A stretch of 36,299 nucleotides of DNA. Source: Armatimonadota bacterium. GTDB lineage: Bacteria > Armatimonadota > Fimbriimonadia > Fimbriimonadales > Fimbriimonadaceae. The notes beneath the pieces were generated by a model. That model was not told the origin of the DNA. It saw only the letters and a list, made by a program, of their open reading frames with translations, and made no database searches. The translations under genes and the position numbers were made by a program. Of the stretch, positions 27,595-36,011 are shown in pieces (the stretch's first letter is position 1; each line of letters starts with the position of its first letter). The DNA lies in NCBI GenBank assembly GCA_031400935.1, contig JANNQV010000027.1, forward strand, positions 248,001-284,299, given 5' to 3'.

Positions 27595-27678
27595 TGGAGC
27601 GCGGAGCTTGAATCCCGAATTTCTTTTAAATTTTGCAGTCTCGGCTCCGCATTTTGGTCCGCGGACGTTCACGTCCGG
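27595..27678. repeat. Second REP-like element (two hairpins)
   Basis: TGGAGCGCGGAGCTT (27595-27609) is identical to 24848-24862 and pairs with GCTCCGC (27644-27650); then CGGACGT-TC-ACGTCCG (27662-27677). Confidence 0.75.
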
Positions 27679-27768
27679 TCTGGAAACATGTGCTTTGCGA
27701 TCGATGCGTGAAACAATTAGTTGCTTGAGCAAAATGCAGGCTATCAATAGAGTGGTAGCCTTCTCAAC

Positions 27769-30432
27769 ATGCTGGTGCTCATTGCCAATGTGTTGATTGC
27801 GACTACTGCTCCAATTGCAAAGCTGAACTCGATTTCGGATTTCGATGTAGTTTGGAAGTCGCCGTCCAAAGACGCAGCAGGCTCGATGCCCATTGGAAAC
27901 GGCGAAGTTGTGCTCAATGTCTGGGTAGAAGAAGCAACCGGCGATCTCCTCTTTTATATCGCCAGAACCGATGCCATTTCGGAAATTTCGCGAATTCTGA
28001 AGTTGGGAAGAGTCCGAGTTCATTTTGAGCCGCCCCTTCAGAATGGTGTTTTTGAGCAACGATTGAATCTTCAAAAAGGTGAAATCACGATTCTACAAGG
28101 TGATCGGAAACTTCGGCTCTTTGTTGATTCTGGAAGCGACACTATTGTCGTTTCGGGCGAATCCAAGACGAATCTGAAGGTTAGTGCAACTTTGGAGTGT
28201 TGGCGAAATGAAAGCCGCACCATTCCGAAGGAGGAGCAACGTTCGGCATGGTCGGTTCACGATGCGCCGTTTCCCTTAATTGAGTCTGCCGATGTATTCG
28301 TGCCGGGGGGAAACGAGGTCATTTGGTACCACAGAAACGAGACAAGTGTTGGTCCTGAGCTATGGCAAAACCAGAGTTTGAGCGACCTTCCGGGTCGGTA
28401 CGACCCGATCAAGCACCGCACGTTTGGCGGAAAGATGTTTGGTGAGAATTTCAAATCCTCAAAGGACCGAGAGCTGGATTCAAGACAGCTTTTGAAGAGT
28501 TTCGAACTCAAAATCGTTACTCACTCAGATCAGACAATCTCAGTCGCGAATTGGCGAGACCAGTTGGACAAGAACTCAATCGCTCCAAAATCAACGGAGT
28601 TATCAAGGAGAACACAACGCTGGTGGCGCGAGTTTTGGGACCGCTCGTGCGTGATCGCCCAGGAAACGCCAGATGAAATCCGAATGCCCGTCAATTCGCA
28701 CCCTCTTCGAAAGGGAGTGGATTCAAATGGCCAGAACGTGTTTCCAGGAACGATACAAGAATGGAGAATCCGTAGTCGTGCGTTGGTTCCAATTGGAGGT
28801 GAAGACCCATTTCCACCAGAAGGAATAGGACCAGACCCAACTCTAACTGAAGCATTCACCCTTTCCGCGTGGATCACACCAAACGAACTCAAACCAGGAC
28901 GAATTTTCGACAAGCTCACGGCGGGCCACAGCGACGGAATGCTATTTGACACCCACCCCGGGGATTCTCTGAGATTTGTTATTGGAAACGAAGCCATCAT
29001 TGCTTCCAAATGCCTAATAGTAAATGTTCGACAGCATGTCGCAGCTAGTTTTGATCCAACAACGGGGGACATGAGGATTTACCTTGACGGCAAATTAGTC
29101 GCCGAACGAGTCAAGTTCAATGGGTCGGAAATCACTCGAGGATATCTGCTGCAGAGGTACACACAGGCCATTCAAGGGCGTGGACAATTTCCAATCAAAT
29201 TCAATGGCGGTTTCACAACCGTTGAACCTACGGCACTGGGGCAGAAATGGAACGCCGATTGGCGGCAGTGGGGCGATTCTCATTGGTTCCAAAACTTGCG
29301 GCACATGTACCATCCTATGCTTGCCAGCGGCGATTTCGAGATGATGAATCCATTCTTCAAGCTGTACGAAGATGCCCGGCCATTGGCAGAGGCTCGAACC
29401 CAAAAATATCACGGCGCGCAAGGAGCCTATTTTCCAGAGACGATGACGTTTTTCGGAACGTACTCAGGCGGCGACTACGGCTGGGATCGAACGGGATTGC
29501 AACCCAAAGAAGTGCAATGTCCGTGGTGGGACGACGCTTGGAATCAGGGGCCCGAGTTAGTTTGTCTGATGCTGGATTATTGGGATCATGCTGGCGATCA
29601 GGAGTTTCTACAGTCTCGATTGATCCCTATGGCTGAATCCGTTTTGAAGTACTTCGATACCCGATTTGCAAAGGATTCCCAAGGAAAAATCGTATTGGAC
29701 CCAACCCAAGTTGTGGAAACTTATTGGGAAGGTGTGGTCAATGACATGCCTGCCGTCGCAGGGCTCATTGCAATGTGCGAGCGGCTTTGCAAAATTCCTA
29801 TAGACTTGGTTGGAGAACGTCAACGGGAATTTTTTGCGATGATGAAAATTGCTTGCCCGGAAATGCCGTTTGAAGACGGAAAATTTGGGCGAGAGATTGC
29901 GCCAGCTCAAAAGTACGCCCCGAAAGTCAGCAATGTTGAAAACGGTGAGCTATATGCAGTTTGGCCGTTTCGAGAAGTTACATTGCAGAAGCCTGCCTTT
30001 CTTGAAGAAGCAAAGAGGGCGTACACAAATCGTATGAACCGGCTAGATACCGGTTGGGGATATGACGGAAATGTTGCCGCCTTGCTTGGACTGACCGACG
30101 AGGTTGCGAGGATTTTGAGAATCAAGTGCCGAAATTCCAATCCTGCCTATCGCTGGCCGGCTACATGGGGGCCGAATTTTGATTGGCTTCCTGATCAGAA
30201 TCACGGAGGCAATCTGCTGAATACAACAAATTTGATGCTGATGCAAGCAGAACCAATTTCGCTAGGCGGGAAGATTCTGTTGTTCCCAGCTTGGCCAAAA
30301 AACTGGGACGTTGACTTTAAGCTCCACGCGCCGGGGACAACTGTTGTTGAGTGCTCCCTCAGAGGCGGAAAGGTCGTGAAGTTATCGGTATCTCCAAAAA
30401 CGAGACGCAAAGATGTTCAAATCATGCCCTAA
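27769..30432 (+). CDS. DUF5703 / GH95-like glycoside hydrolase with inserted LamG-like domain
   Basis: GSMPIGNG, YLLQRY, FPIKFNG, WFQNLR, ENGELYAVWPF, PDQNHGG and LFPAWPKNWDVDFKLHAP. Confidence 0.8.
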   Translation: MLVLIANVLIATTAPIAKLNSISDFDVVWKSPSKDAAGSMPIGNGEVVLNVWVEEATGDLLFYIARTDAISEISRILKLGRVRVHFEPPLQNGVFEQRLNLQKGEITILQGDRKLRLFVDSGSDTIVVSGESKTNLKVSATLECWRNESRTIPKEEQRSAWSVHDAPFPLIESADVFVPGGNEVIWYHRNETSVGPELWQNQSLSDLPGRYDPIKHRTFGGKMFGENFKSSKDRELDSRQLLKSFELKIVTHSDQTISVANWRDQLDKNSIAPKSTELSRRTQRWWREFWDRSCVIAQETPDEIRMPVNSHPLRKGVDSNGQNVFPGTIQEWRIRSRALVPIGGEDPFPPEGIGPDPTLTEAFTLSAWITPNELKPGRIFDKLTAGHSDGMLFDTHPGDSLRFVIGNEAIIASKCLIVNVRQHVAASFDPTTGDMRIYLDGKLVAERVKFNGSEITRGYLLQRYTQAIQGRGQFPIKFNGGFTTVEPTALGQKWNADWRQWGDSHWFQNLRHMYHPMLASGDFEMMNPFFKLYEDARPLAEARTQKYHGAQGAYFPETMTFFGTYSGGDYGWDRTGLQPKEVQCPWWDDAWNQGPELVCLMLDYWDHAGDQEFLQSRLIPMAESVLKYFDTRFAKDSQGKIVLDPTQVVETYWEGVVNDMPAVAGLIAMCERLCKIPIDLVGERQREFFAMMKIACPEMPFEDGKFGREIAPAQKYAPKVSNVENGELYAVWPFREVTLQKPAFLEEAKRAYTNRMNRLDTGWGYDGNVAALLGLTDEVARILRIKCRNSNPAYRWPATWGPNFDWLPDQNHGGNLLNTTNLMLMQAEPISLGGKILLFPAWPKNWDVDFKLHAPGTTVVECSLRGGKVVKLSVSPKTRRKDVQIMP

Positions 30433-30472
30433 ATAGTACTTTCACAAAAAGAACAAAGGGTAAAGTTTCGAA

Positions 30473-33400
30473 ATGCGTACTTTCGGAACGGCATTATTAG
30501 TTTTGGCTTCGACATTTGCCTTTGGGCAGGCAGGTGATTCAAAGCCAATTTTCATTTCCAATGTCCGGGTTGTAGTCCGTCCAGGACAAGTTTTGGACGC
30601 GACAAATCTCGTAATCGAAAACGGCAAAATTCGTGCGATTGGAAAGGGCGTAACTGCGCCCGCAGGAGCTGAAACGATTGACGCCACGGGCCTTACCGCG
30701 TATGCAGGGTTCATTCACCCGATGCTGCGAACGCCTATTGAAGGCGTTCCTGCGGGCGGTGGAGGAAATCAGGGCGGAGGCCCAGGTGGAGGCGGCGGGG
30801 GTGGTGGACAGCGGCCCCAGTTGACGACAGCCGAAGCGAATGCAGCACAAGCGAAAAGGGACGCCGATCCATTTGGTTTGGAGTCAAACGTGCTTTCAAA
30901 AATCGCGACAAGCAGCCTGAAGCAAAAAAACGTTGCCCTATTTTCTGAGATGGCAAAGAGCGGGTTTACATTGGCCAATTTGAGCGCATCAGGTGGGCTA
31001 TTAGGACCGAGTTCTGCGGTTGTAAATTTAGGGTCGCCAGAGTTAAGCGCAACTTCGTTCATTTCAAATCCAGGCACAATACCAATCAATTTTTCTTCGC
31101 GCGGCTTTGGCTCTTATCCAAGTTCCACGATGGGGGCAATTGCGGTCATTCGCCAAGCACTCTTCGATGCTCAGCGTTACAGCCGAATGAAAATCACGGG
31201 CAGGCAGCCAGCAGATGATGTTGCCTTAAACGCTCTTTCAAAAGTTACAGACAAAACAAGTTGGGCAGTTTTTGACGGCCTGAATGAAGTCTCATTTCTT
31301 CAAGCTAAAAAGTTGGCGGACGAACTTGGGTTGAAGTCCGTCTTTGGATTTAGATCGGACGCTGGCATAGTTGCCGATTTGCTCCAGCGGCCAAATCAGA
31401 GCGTTTTGCTAAAGGGTGTGGTTCCCCTTCGGCCAAGTATTGGAGCAAATCTAGATTCAATGTCCATCAATGGATTCCGAGGGTATTTCCGCGAAATTCA
31501 GGCAGCCAACGAGTTAGAAAGACTAGGCGTTCCGTTTTCTTACGCGCCTGAATCAACGGTCAATCCTTTAGAAGGACTTCGAACTTATGTGCGAGCCGGA
31601 TTCAGCCGAAGTTCCGCTCTTGCATCATTGACAACTTGCCCGGCTGAACTCTTAGGCATCTCGGGAGAGGCTGGAACGATAGAAACAAGCAAACGCGCCG
31701 ACATTGTGCTCGTGCAAGGGGACATTTTTGACACAAACAGCCAAATCATGGCGGTTTTTGCGGGTGGGAAAAGAGTTGATTTCCCAATGCCTTCAAGGAA
31801 GCTCGAAGCTGATTTGAAGCCAGATTCTTCGCTCAAATTAGTAAAGCCTAACAACGAGTTTTTCCCTTCTCCAGCGGAATCAACTCACGCTTTTCGACTT
31901 TACAAGAACGCAACAGTTTGGACACAAGGTCCGATGGGAACCTTGAAAAATACCGATGTTGTGATTCGCAACGGGAAAATTATTGCAGTCGGAAGAGGAA
32001 TAAAGCCGGTTGACGGATGCGAAACGATTGACGCAACTGGCAAGCACATTTCCCCAGGCATCTGGGATTGCCACAGCCATACCGGAATCAGCGGAGGCGT
32101 GAATGAAGGCTCAAACATGGTCACCGTTGAGTGCCGCATTTCTGACGTAATCAACCATCGAGCACCAAACATTTATCAACAGCTTTCAGGCGGTACCGTC
32201 GGGGCCATGCAACTTCACGGATCGGCAAATGCCATCGGCGGACAGTCGAGTCCTGTCAAATGGCGTTGGGGACAGCGTTCATCCGATTATCCGGTTGAAG
32301 GCGCTCCAGCAGGCGTGAAGTTCGCTCTGGGGCAAAACCCGATTCGCGAAGACCCGTCGGGCGGTGGTGGCCAGCCTCAGCCTGTTGGAACGACGCTCCT
32401 TACTTGGCGCCCGAGAACTCGAATGGGAGTTGAAGAATCAATTCGAAGAGCTTTGCAATTGGGCAAAGAATACAACCAAACTTGGGCCGATTACCGAGCC
32501 GGAAAGACGACGATTGAACCTAGACGGGACGTTCAACTCGAAGGACTGGGCGAAATCGTCAGCGGTAAGCGGCTAATTCACAGTCACGGCTACCGCGCAG
32601 ACGAATTGTTAATGCTCATCCGGGTCGCTAGCGAATACGGAGCCAAAATCGCAACTTTGCAACACGTTTTGGAAGGCTACAAAATCGCCGACGAGATGGC
32701 TACGGCTGGTATCGGCGGTTCTACATTTTCAGACTGGTGGGGCTACAAATTGGAGGCGTACGACGCGATTCCTTACAATGCTGCACTCATGGCGGAGCGA
32801 GGCGTTTCGGTTAGCGTGAACAGCGACAGCGACAATCATGCTCGAAGGCTGAATATCGAAGGAGCAAAATCAATGCGAAACGGTGGTGTTTCGCCAGAAG
32901 TGGCACTGAGTTTTGTTACAATCGAACCAGCTAAGCAAATGGGAATTGCAAATCGAACGGGCTCTTTGGAAGTTGGAAAGGACGCTGATCTGGCGATTTG
33001 GACAGCTGACCCAACGAGCATTTTCGCCGTATGCCTTGAAACGTATGTGGATGGCGTCAAGCGATTTGACAGGGCAAACGACGCAAAGCAGCGGGCTGAT
33101 CGCGAAGCTGAATTGAAGGAAGCACAAAAGCTACTCGCAGCGACAACGGAGTCAGACGAAGGAAATCCTTTCAACGTCAGCATAACAGGTGCCTCAACTA
33201 CTGCTGCTTCAAATGGAACCGTCACAAAGTCAACTGCCACTTTTGGCATTGGGCCAATTGCTTCTCAACCGGGAACCTCAAAGTACCCTCGAAAAGCAGT
33301 CCTTTTGAGCGGTGGAACGGTTCATCCAATGGACGGCGCACCTTTTATAGGCGACGTACTTTTGGGAGCAGACGGAAGGATTGCGAAAGTGGGGACGGGG

Positions 33401-34555
33401 CTAAGTGCTTCCGGCGCAACACGAGTGGATTGCAAAGGAAAGCATGTCTATCCTGGGCTGATTGATCCGGCAACATCAATCGGATTGAACGAAATCGGAC
33501 AAGTTCCAACGAGCGATGATTCATCAGAGCGGGGCGATTTTCACCCAGATTACAGGGTGGAAAGAACTATCAACCCGGAATGGGAGACAATGGGGGTCGC
33601 TCGCCAACAAGGTGTTCTAACTGTTTTAGTCAAGCCATCGGGCGGTGGATTTTCGGGCCAAGCTGCGCTGATTCATACCGAAGGCTACACTTGGGAGGAT
33701 TACACGATAGCTGGTGGCGTCGGAATGATGGTTTCTGGTGGCGGAGGCGGATTCAATTTCGGTGAGGAGCATAGGCACGATGATGGCGATCTGTTGCTTG
33801 GCACTGAAGACTGTTGCAACACTTCGGGAGCCCAGCGTGGCGGCGGTGGCGGCGGCTCAATTACGACTGCCCTTTCTTCTTTAGATACGCGATTCAAAGA
33901 AGCTCGCGAATATGAGAAAAAGCGAGCAGAAGCAACGGCGGAAAAGCCTGTTGTTCGAGATCAACGCCAAGAAGCAATCTTGTTGGTCACTTCCGGCAAG
34001 ATGCCAGTCATTTTGAGTGCAAGCTCGGCGTCTGATATCAAGTCCGCTGTGGAATGGGCTGAAAAGGAGAAAGTTCGCTTAATGCTTTACGGCTGTTCTG
34101 GAGCAGGAGAAATCGCGGATTGGCTTGCGAAAAAGCAGGTTCCGATTTGCCTTTCAGCAGTGTTTTCAATGCCCGGCGGCGAACTTCCTGTGGATTCTTT
34201 CTACTCGCTCCCCGCAAAACTTTCAAAGGCTGGGGTCAAGTTCTGCTTAACCACTGACAATGACAAGGATGTTCGCCAGATTCGCGATCAAGCAGGCTGG
34301 GCGGCGGCTTATGGGCTCGACCGAGAAGAAGCGGCGCGGTTGATCACGCTTCGCGCAGCGGAGGTTCTAGGTATTTCTGATCGTCTTGGGGCAATCAAGC
34401 CGGGAATGGACGGTACCGTGATTGTGACGGACGGCGAGATTATTGAGATCAAAACCCAAGTTCTGCGGGCATTTATTCAGAGTCGAGAGGTTGATTTGAA
34501 GAATCGACAAACTCGGCTTTATGAGAAGTACAAGGGTCGGCCGAAGGGGAAGTAA
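30473..34555 (+). CDS. Secreted amidohydrolase-family protein with three tandem amidohydrolase units
   Basis: Three repeats of the IxxGKIxAIG...IDATG...G / PA(E/K)xxG...GxxxxGKxAD scaffold; DCHSH occurs only in the middle unit. Confidence 0.88.
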   Translation: MRTFGTALLVLASTFAFGQAGDSKPIFISNVRVVVRPGQVLDATNLVIENGKIRAIGKGVTAPAGAETIDATGLTAYAGFIHPMLRTPIEGVPAGGGGNQGGGPGGGGGGGGQRPQLTTAEANAAQAKRDADPFGLESNVLSKIATSSLKQKNVALFSEMAKSGFTLANLSASGGLLGPSSAVVNLGSPELSATSFISNPGTIPINFSSRGFGSYPSSTMGAIAVIRQALFDAQRYSRMKITGRQPADDVALNALSKVTDKTSWAVFDGLNEVSFLQAKKLADELGLKSVFGFRSDAGIVADLLQRPNQSVLLKGVVPLRPSIGANLDSMSINGFRGYFREIQAANELERLGVPFSYAPESTVNPLEGLRTYVRAGFSRSSALASLTTCPAELLGISGEAGTIETSKRADIVLVQGDIFDTNSQIMAVFAGGKRVDFPMPSRKLEADLKPDSSLKLVKPNNEFFPSPAESTHAFRLYKNATVWTQGPMGTLKNTDVVIRNGKIIAVGRGIKPVDGCETIDATGKHISPGIWDCHSHTGISGGVNEGSNMVTVECRISDVINHRAPNIYQQLSGGTVGAMQLHGSANAIGGQSSPVKWRWGQRSSDYPVEGAPAGVKFALGQNPIREDPSGGGGQPQPVGTTLLTWRPRTRMGVEESIRRALQLGKEYNQTWADYRAGKTTIEPRRDVQLEGLGEIVSGKRLIHSHGYRADELLMLIRVASEYGAKIATLQHVLEGYKIADEMATAGIGGSTFSDWWGYKLEAYDAIPYNAALMAERGVSVSVNSDSDNHARRLNIEGAKSMRNGGVSPEVALSFVTIEPAKQMGIANRTGSLEVGKDADLAIWTADPTSIFAVCLETYVDGVKRFDRANDAKQRADREAELKEAQKLLAATTESDEGNPFNVSITGASTTAASNGTVTKSTATFGIGPIASQPGTSKYPRKAVLLSGGTVHPMDGAPFIGDVLLGADGRIAKVGTGLSASGATRVDCKGKHVYPGLIDPATSIGLNEIGQVPTSDDSSERGDFHPDYRVERTINPEWETMGVARQQGVLTVLVKPSGGGFSGQAALIHTEGYTWEDYTIAGGVGMMVSGGGGGFNFGEEHRHDDGDLLLGTEDCCNTSGAQRGGGGGGSITTALSSLDTRFKEAREYEKKRAEATAEKPVVRDQRQEAILLVTSGKMPVILSASSASDIKSAVEWAEKEKVRLMLYGCSGAGEIADWLAKKQVPICLSAVFSMPGGELPVDSFYSLPAKLSKAGVKFCLTTDNDKDVRQIRDQAGWAAAYGLDREEAARLITLRAAEVLGISDRLGAIKPGMDGTVIVTDGEIIEIKTQVLRAFIQSREVDLKNRQTRLYEKYKGRPKGK

Positions 34556-34557
34556 TC

Positions 34558-34597
34558 GGGTCATTAGGTCATGGGGTCATTGGGTCACTAGTTCATT
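34558..34597. repeat. Octamer tandem array (GGGTCATT) upstream of TA module
   Basis: GGGTCATT AGGTCATG GGGTCATT GGGTCACT AGTTCATT. Confidence 0.8.
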
Positions 34598-34634
34598 TGG
34601 TGTTTGGGAAATCCACTTGCTGTACAATGTACTC

Positions 34635-34919
34635 ATGACCATCCTAAGTCAAGTTCAACGAGACCAAATTCGCGAAATTGCTACAAAGCATGGCGCGATG
34701 GATGTTCGCCTATTCGGTTCAATGGCTCGCAATACAGCCAACAAGAATAGCGATATTGATTTGCTTGTAAGATTCGGAACGAAGGCAACCTTGTTAACCG
34801 TCATCGGATTCCAGCAAGCTGTTGAGGAAGCTCTAGGCAAGAAAGTAGACGTCGTAGAAGAAGGAGGCATTTCTCCATTTCTAGCTGAGCGAATCCTAAG
34901 GGATGCGATCGAAATATGA
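34635..34919 (+). CDS. mntA: Minimal nucleotidyltransferase (MNT) antitoxin
   Basis: FGS-X10-DID motif ([16 protein letters not shown]) and KVDVV; ATGA overlap with the HEPN gene. Confidence 0.88.
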   Translation: MTILSQVQRDQIREIATKHGAMDVRLFGSMARNTANKNSDIDLLVRFGTKATLLTVIGFQQAVEEALGKKVDVVEEGGISPFLAERILRDAIEI

Positions 34920-35242
34920 ATGAAGAGAAAGCTCTCCTTCAACACATTCTCGAAGCTATTGGAAGGATCGAAGCGTATTCGGCGAACGGCGAGGAAGCTT
35001 TCCGAGCTGACACCATGATTCAAGATGCAATCATACGCAACTTCGAAATCATCGGTGAAGCTACGAAAGGGCTTTCGCAGGAATTGCGAAACAGGCATCC
35101 TGGGATTGCCTGGAAGCAGGTCGCTGGTATGCGCGACTTTCTGATACATGTCTATTTCGGCGTTAAGGTCGAGAGAGTTTGGGAAACGGTGCAAACGGAC
35201 TTGGCACCCCTGAAAGCGGCAATTGAAGCGGAATTGGCCTGA
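34916..35242 (+). CDS. hepT: HEPN/DUF86 ribonuclease toxin
   Basis: RNFEIIGEA and R-X4-H-X-Y motif (RDFLIHVY). Confidence 0.9.
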   Translation: MNEEKALLQHILEAIGRIEAYSANGEEAFRADTMIQDAIIRNFEIIGEATKGLSQELRNRHPGIAWKQVAGMRDFLIHVYFGVKVERVWETVQTDLAPLKAAIEAELA

Positions 35243-35279
35243 TTGAGGCAATCTGTTCTGAGTAACCAATCAAACACAA

Positions 35280-35849
35280 CTAAGCTTTCCTTTCAAACCT
35301 CCGATCTGGAACCAGCCACATCAGTGCAACCGCTACATAGATGGCATTTGCGACTAGCGGTATCCAAAATGCGCAGCCAACTGCCGCTAAGTACAAGAGC
35401 ACGGAAAGTTTTCCTTTGACATCCCTGCCAAGAGCCTTTGCAATTTCAGATTCAGCTCCATTTACCCTTGCAAGAGTTTGAGCAAGAATGAAATAGGAAA
35501 CCCCGGCACATAACAAAATAACGCCATAAGCGGCAACGGGAACAGGTTTCAGAACTTGCTCACCGACCCAAGCCGTTCCAAAAGGAACAAGCGACAGCCA
35601 AAACAGCAACAGCATATTTGCCCAGAGCACTCCGCCAGAAATGTGCTTCGCGCTGTGAAGCATGTGGTGATGGTTGTTCCAATAGATTCCCAAAAACGCA
35701 AAGCTAAGCAAATAATGCAATAGAGTTGGAACAAGCGGTTGCAACGAGGCCAAATCCGAACCGTGCGGAGTCCGAATTTCGAGCACCATGATGGTGATGA
35801 GAATGGCAATGACTCCATCGCTGAAAGCTTCCAAACGGCTTTTGGTCAT
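35280..35849 (-). CDS. TMEM175 family (DUF1211) potassium channel
   Basis: RLEAFSDGVIAILITIMVLEI signature and YWNNHHH; six hydrophobic segments. Confidence 0.92.
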   Translation of the reverse strand: MTKSRLEAFSDGVIAILITIMVLEIRTPHGSDLASLQPLVPTLLHYLLSFAFLGIYWNNHHHMLHSAKHISGGVLWANMLLLFWLSLVPFGTAWVGEQVLKPVPVAAYGVILLCAGVSYFILAQTLARVNGAESEIAKALGRDVKGKLSVLLYLAAVGCAFWIPLVANAIYVAVALMWLVPDRRFERKA

Positions 35850-35983
35850 GCAATGAAGGACGGTTTTTTCTACCAATAGTCATCAGATTGCCTTTCTACC
35901 GTTAGCACGATTACCTGAATTGAAAATTAGGTTCAATGGAAGACTAACAGAACAATTGCTTGGATTGCTTACCGTCCCGAACC

Positions 35984-36011
35984 CAACAACCAACAACTAA
36001 CAACCAACAAC
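35984..36011. repeat. CAACAAC heptamer array
   Basis: CAACAAC CAACAAC TAACAAC CAACAAC. Confidence 0.85.

Noticed and set aside
30755..30808. GGN-rich tract as a DNA repeat element
   Set aside because: It encodes a poly-Gly linker within the amidohydrolase ORF, with varied third codon positions.
34655..35269. 204-aa antisense ORF over the TA pair, and other shadow ORFs (e.g. 2104-2604, 15165-15647, 27547-28074, 28530-29072)
   Set aside because: They lie antisense to or out of frame with well-supported genes and show no family motifs.
35870..35920. Fluoride riboswitch upstream of TMEM175 (CTGATGACT on the minus strand)
   Set aside because: The 5' GGCGATGG..CGCC stem and the pseudoknot complement are missing.
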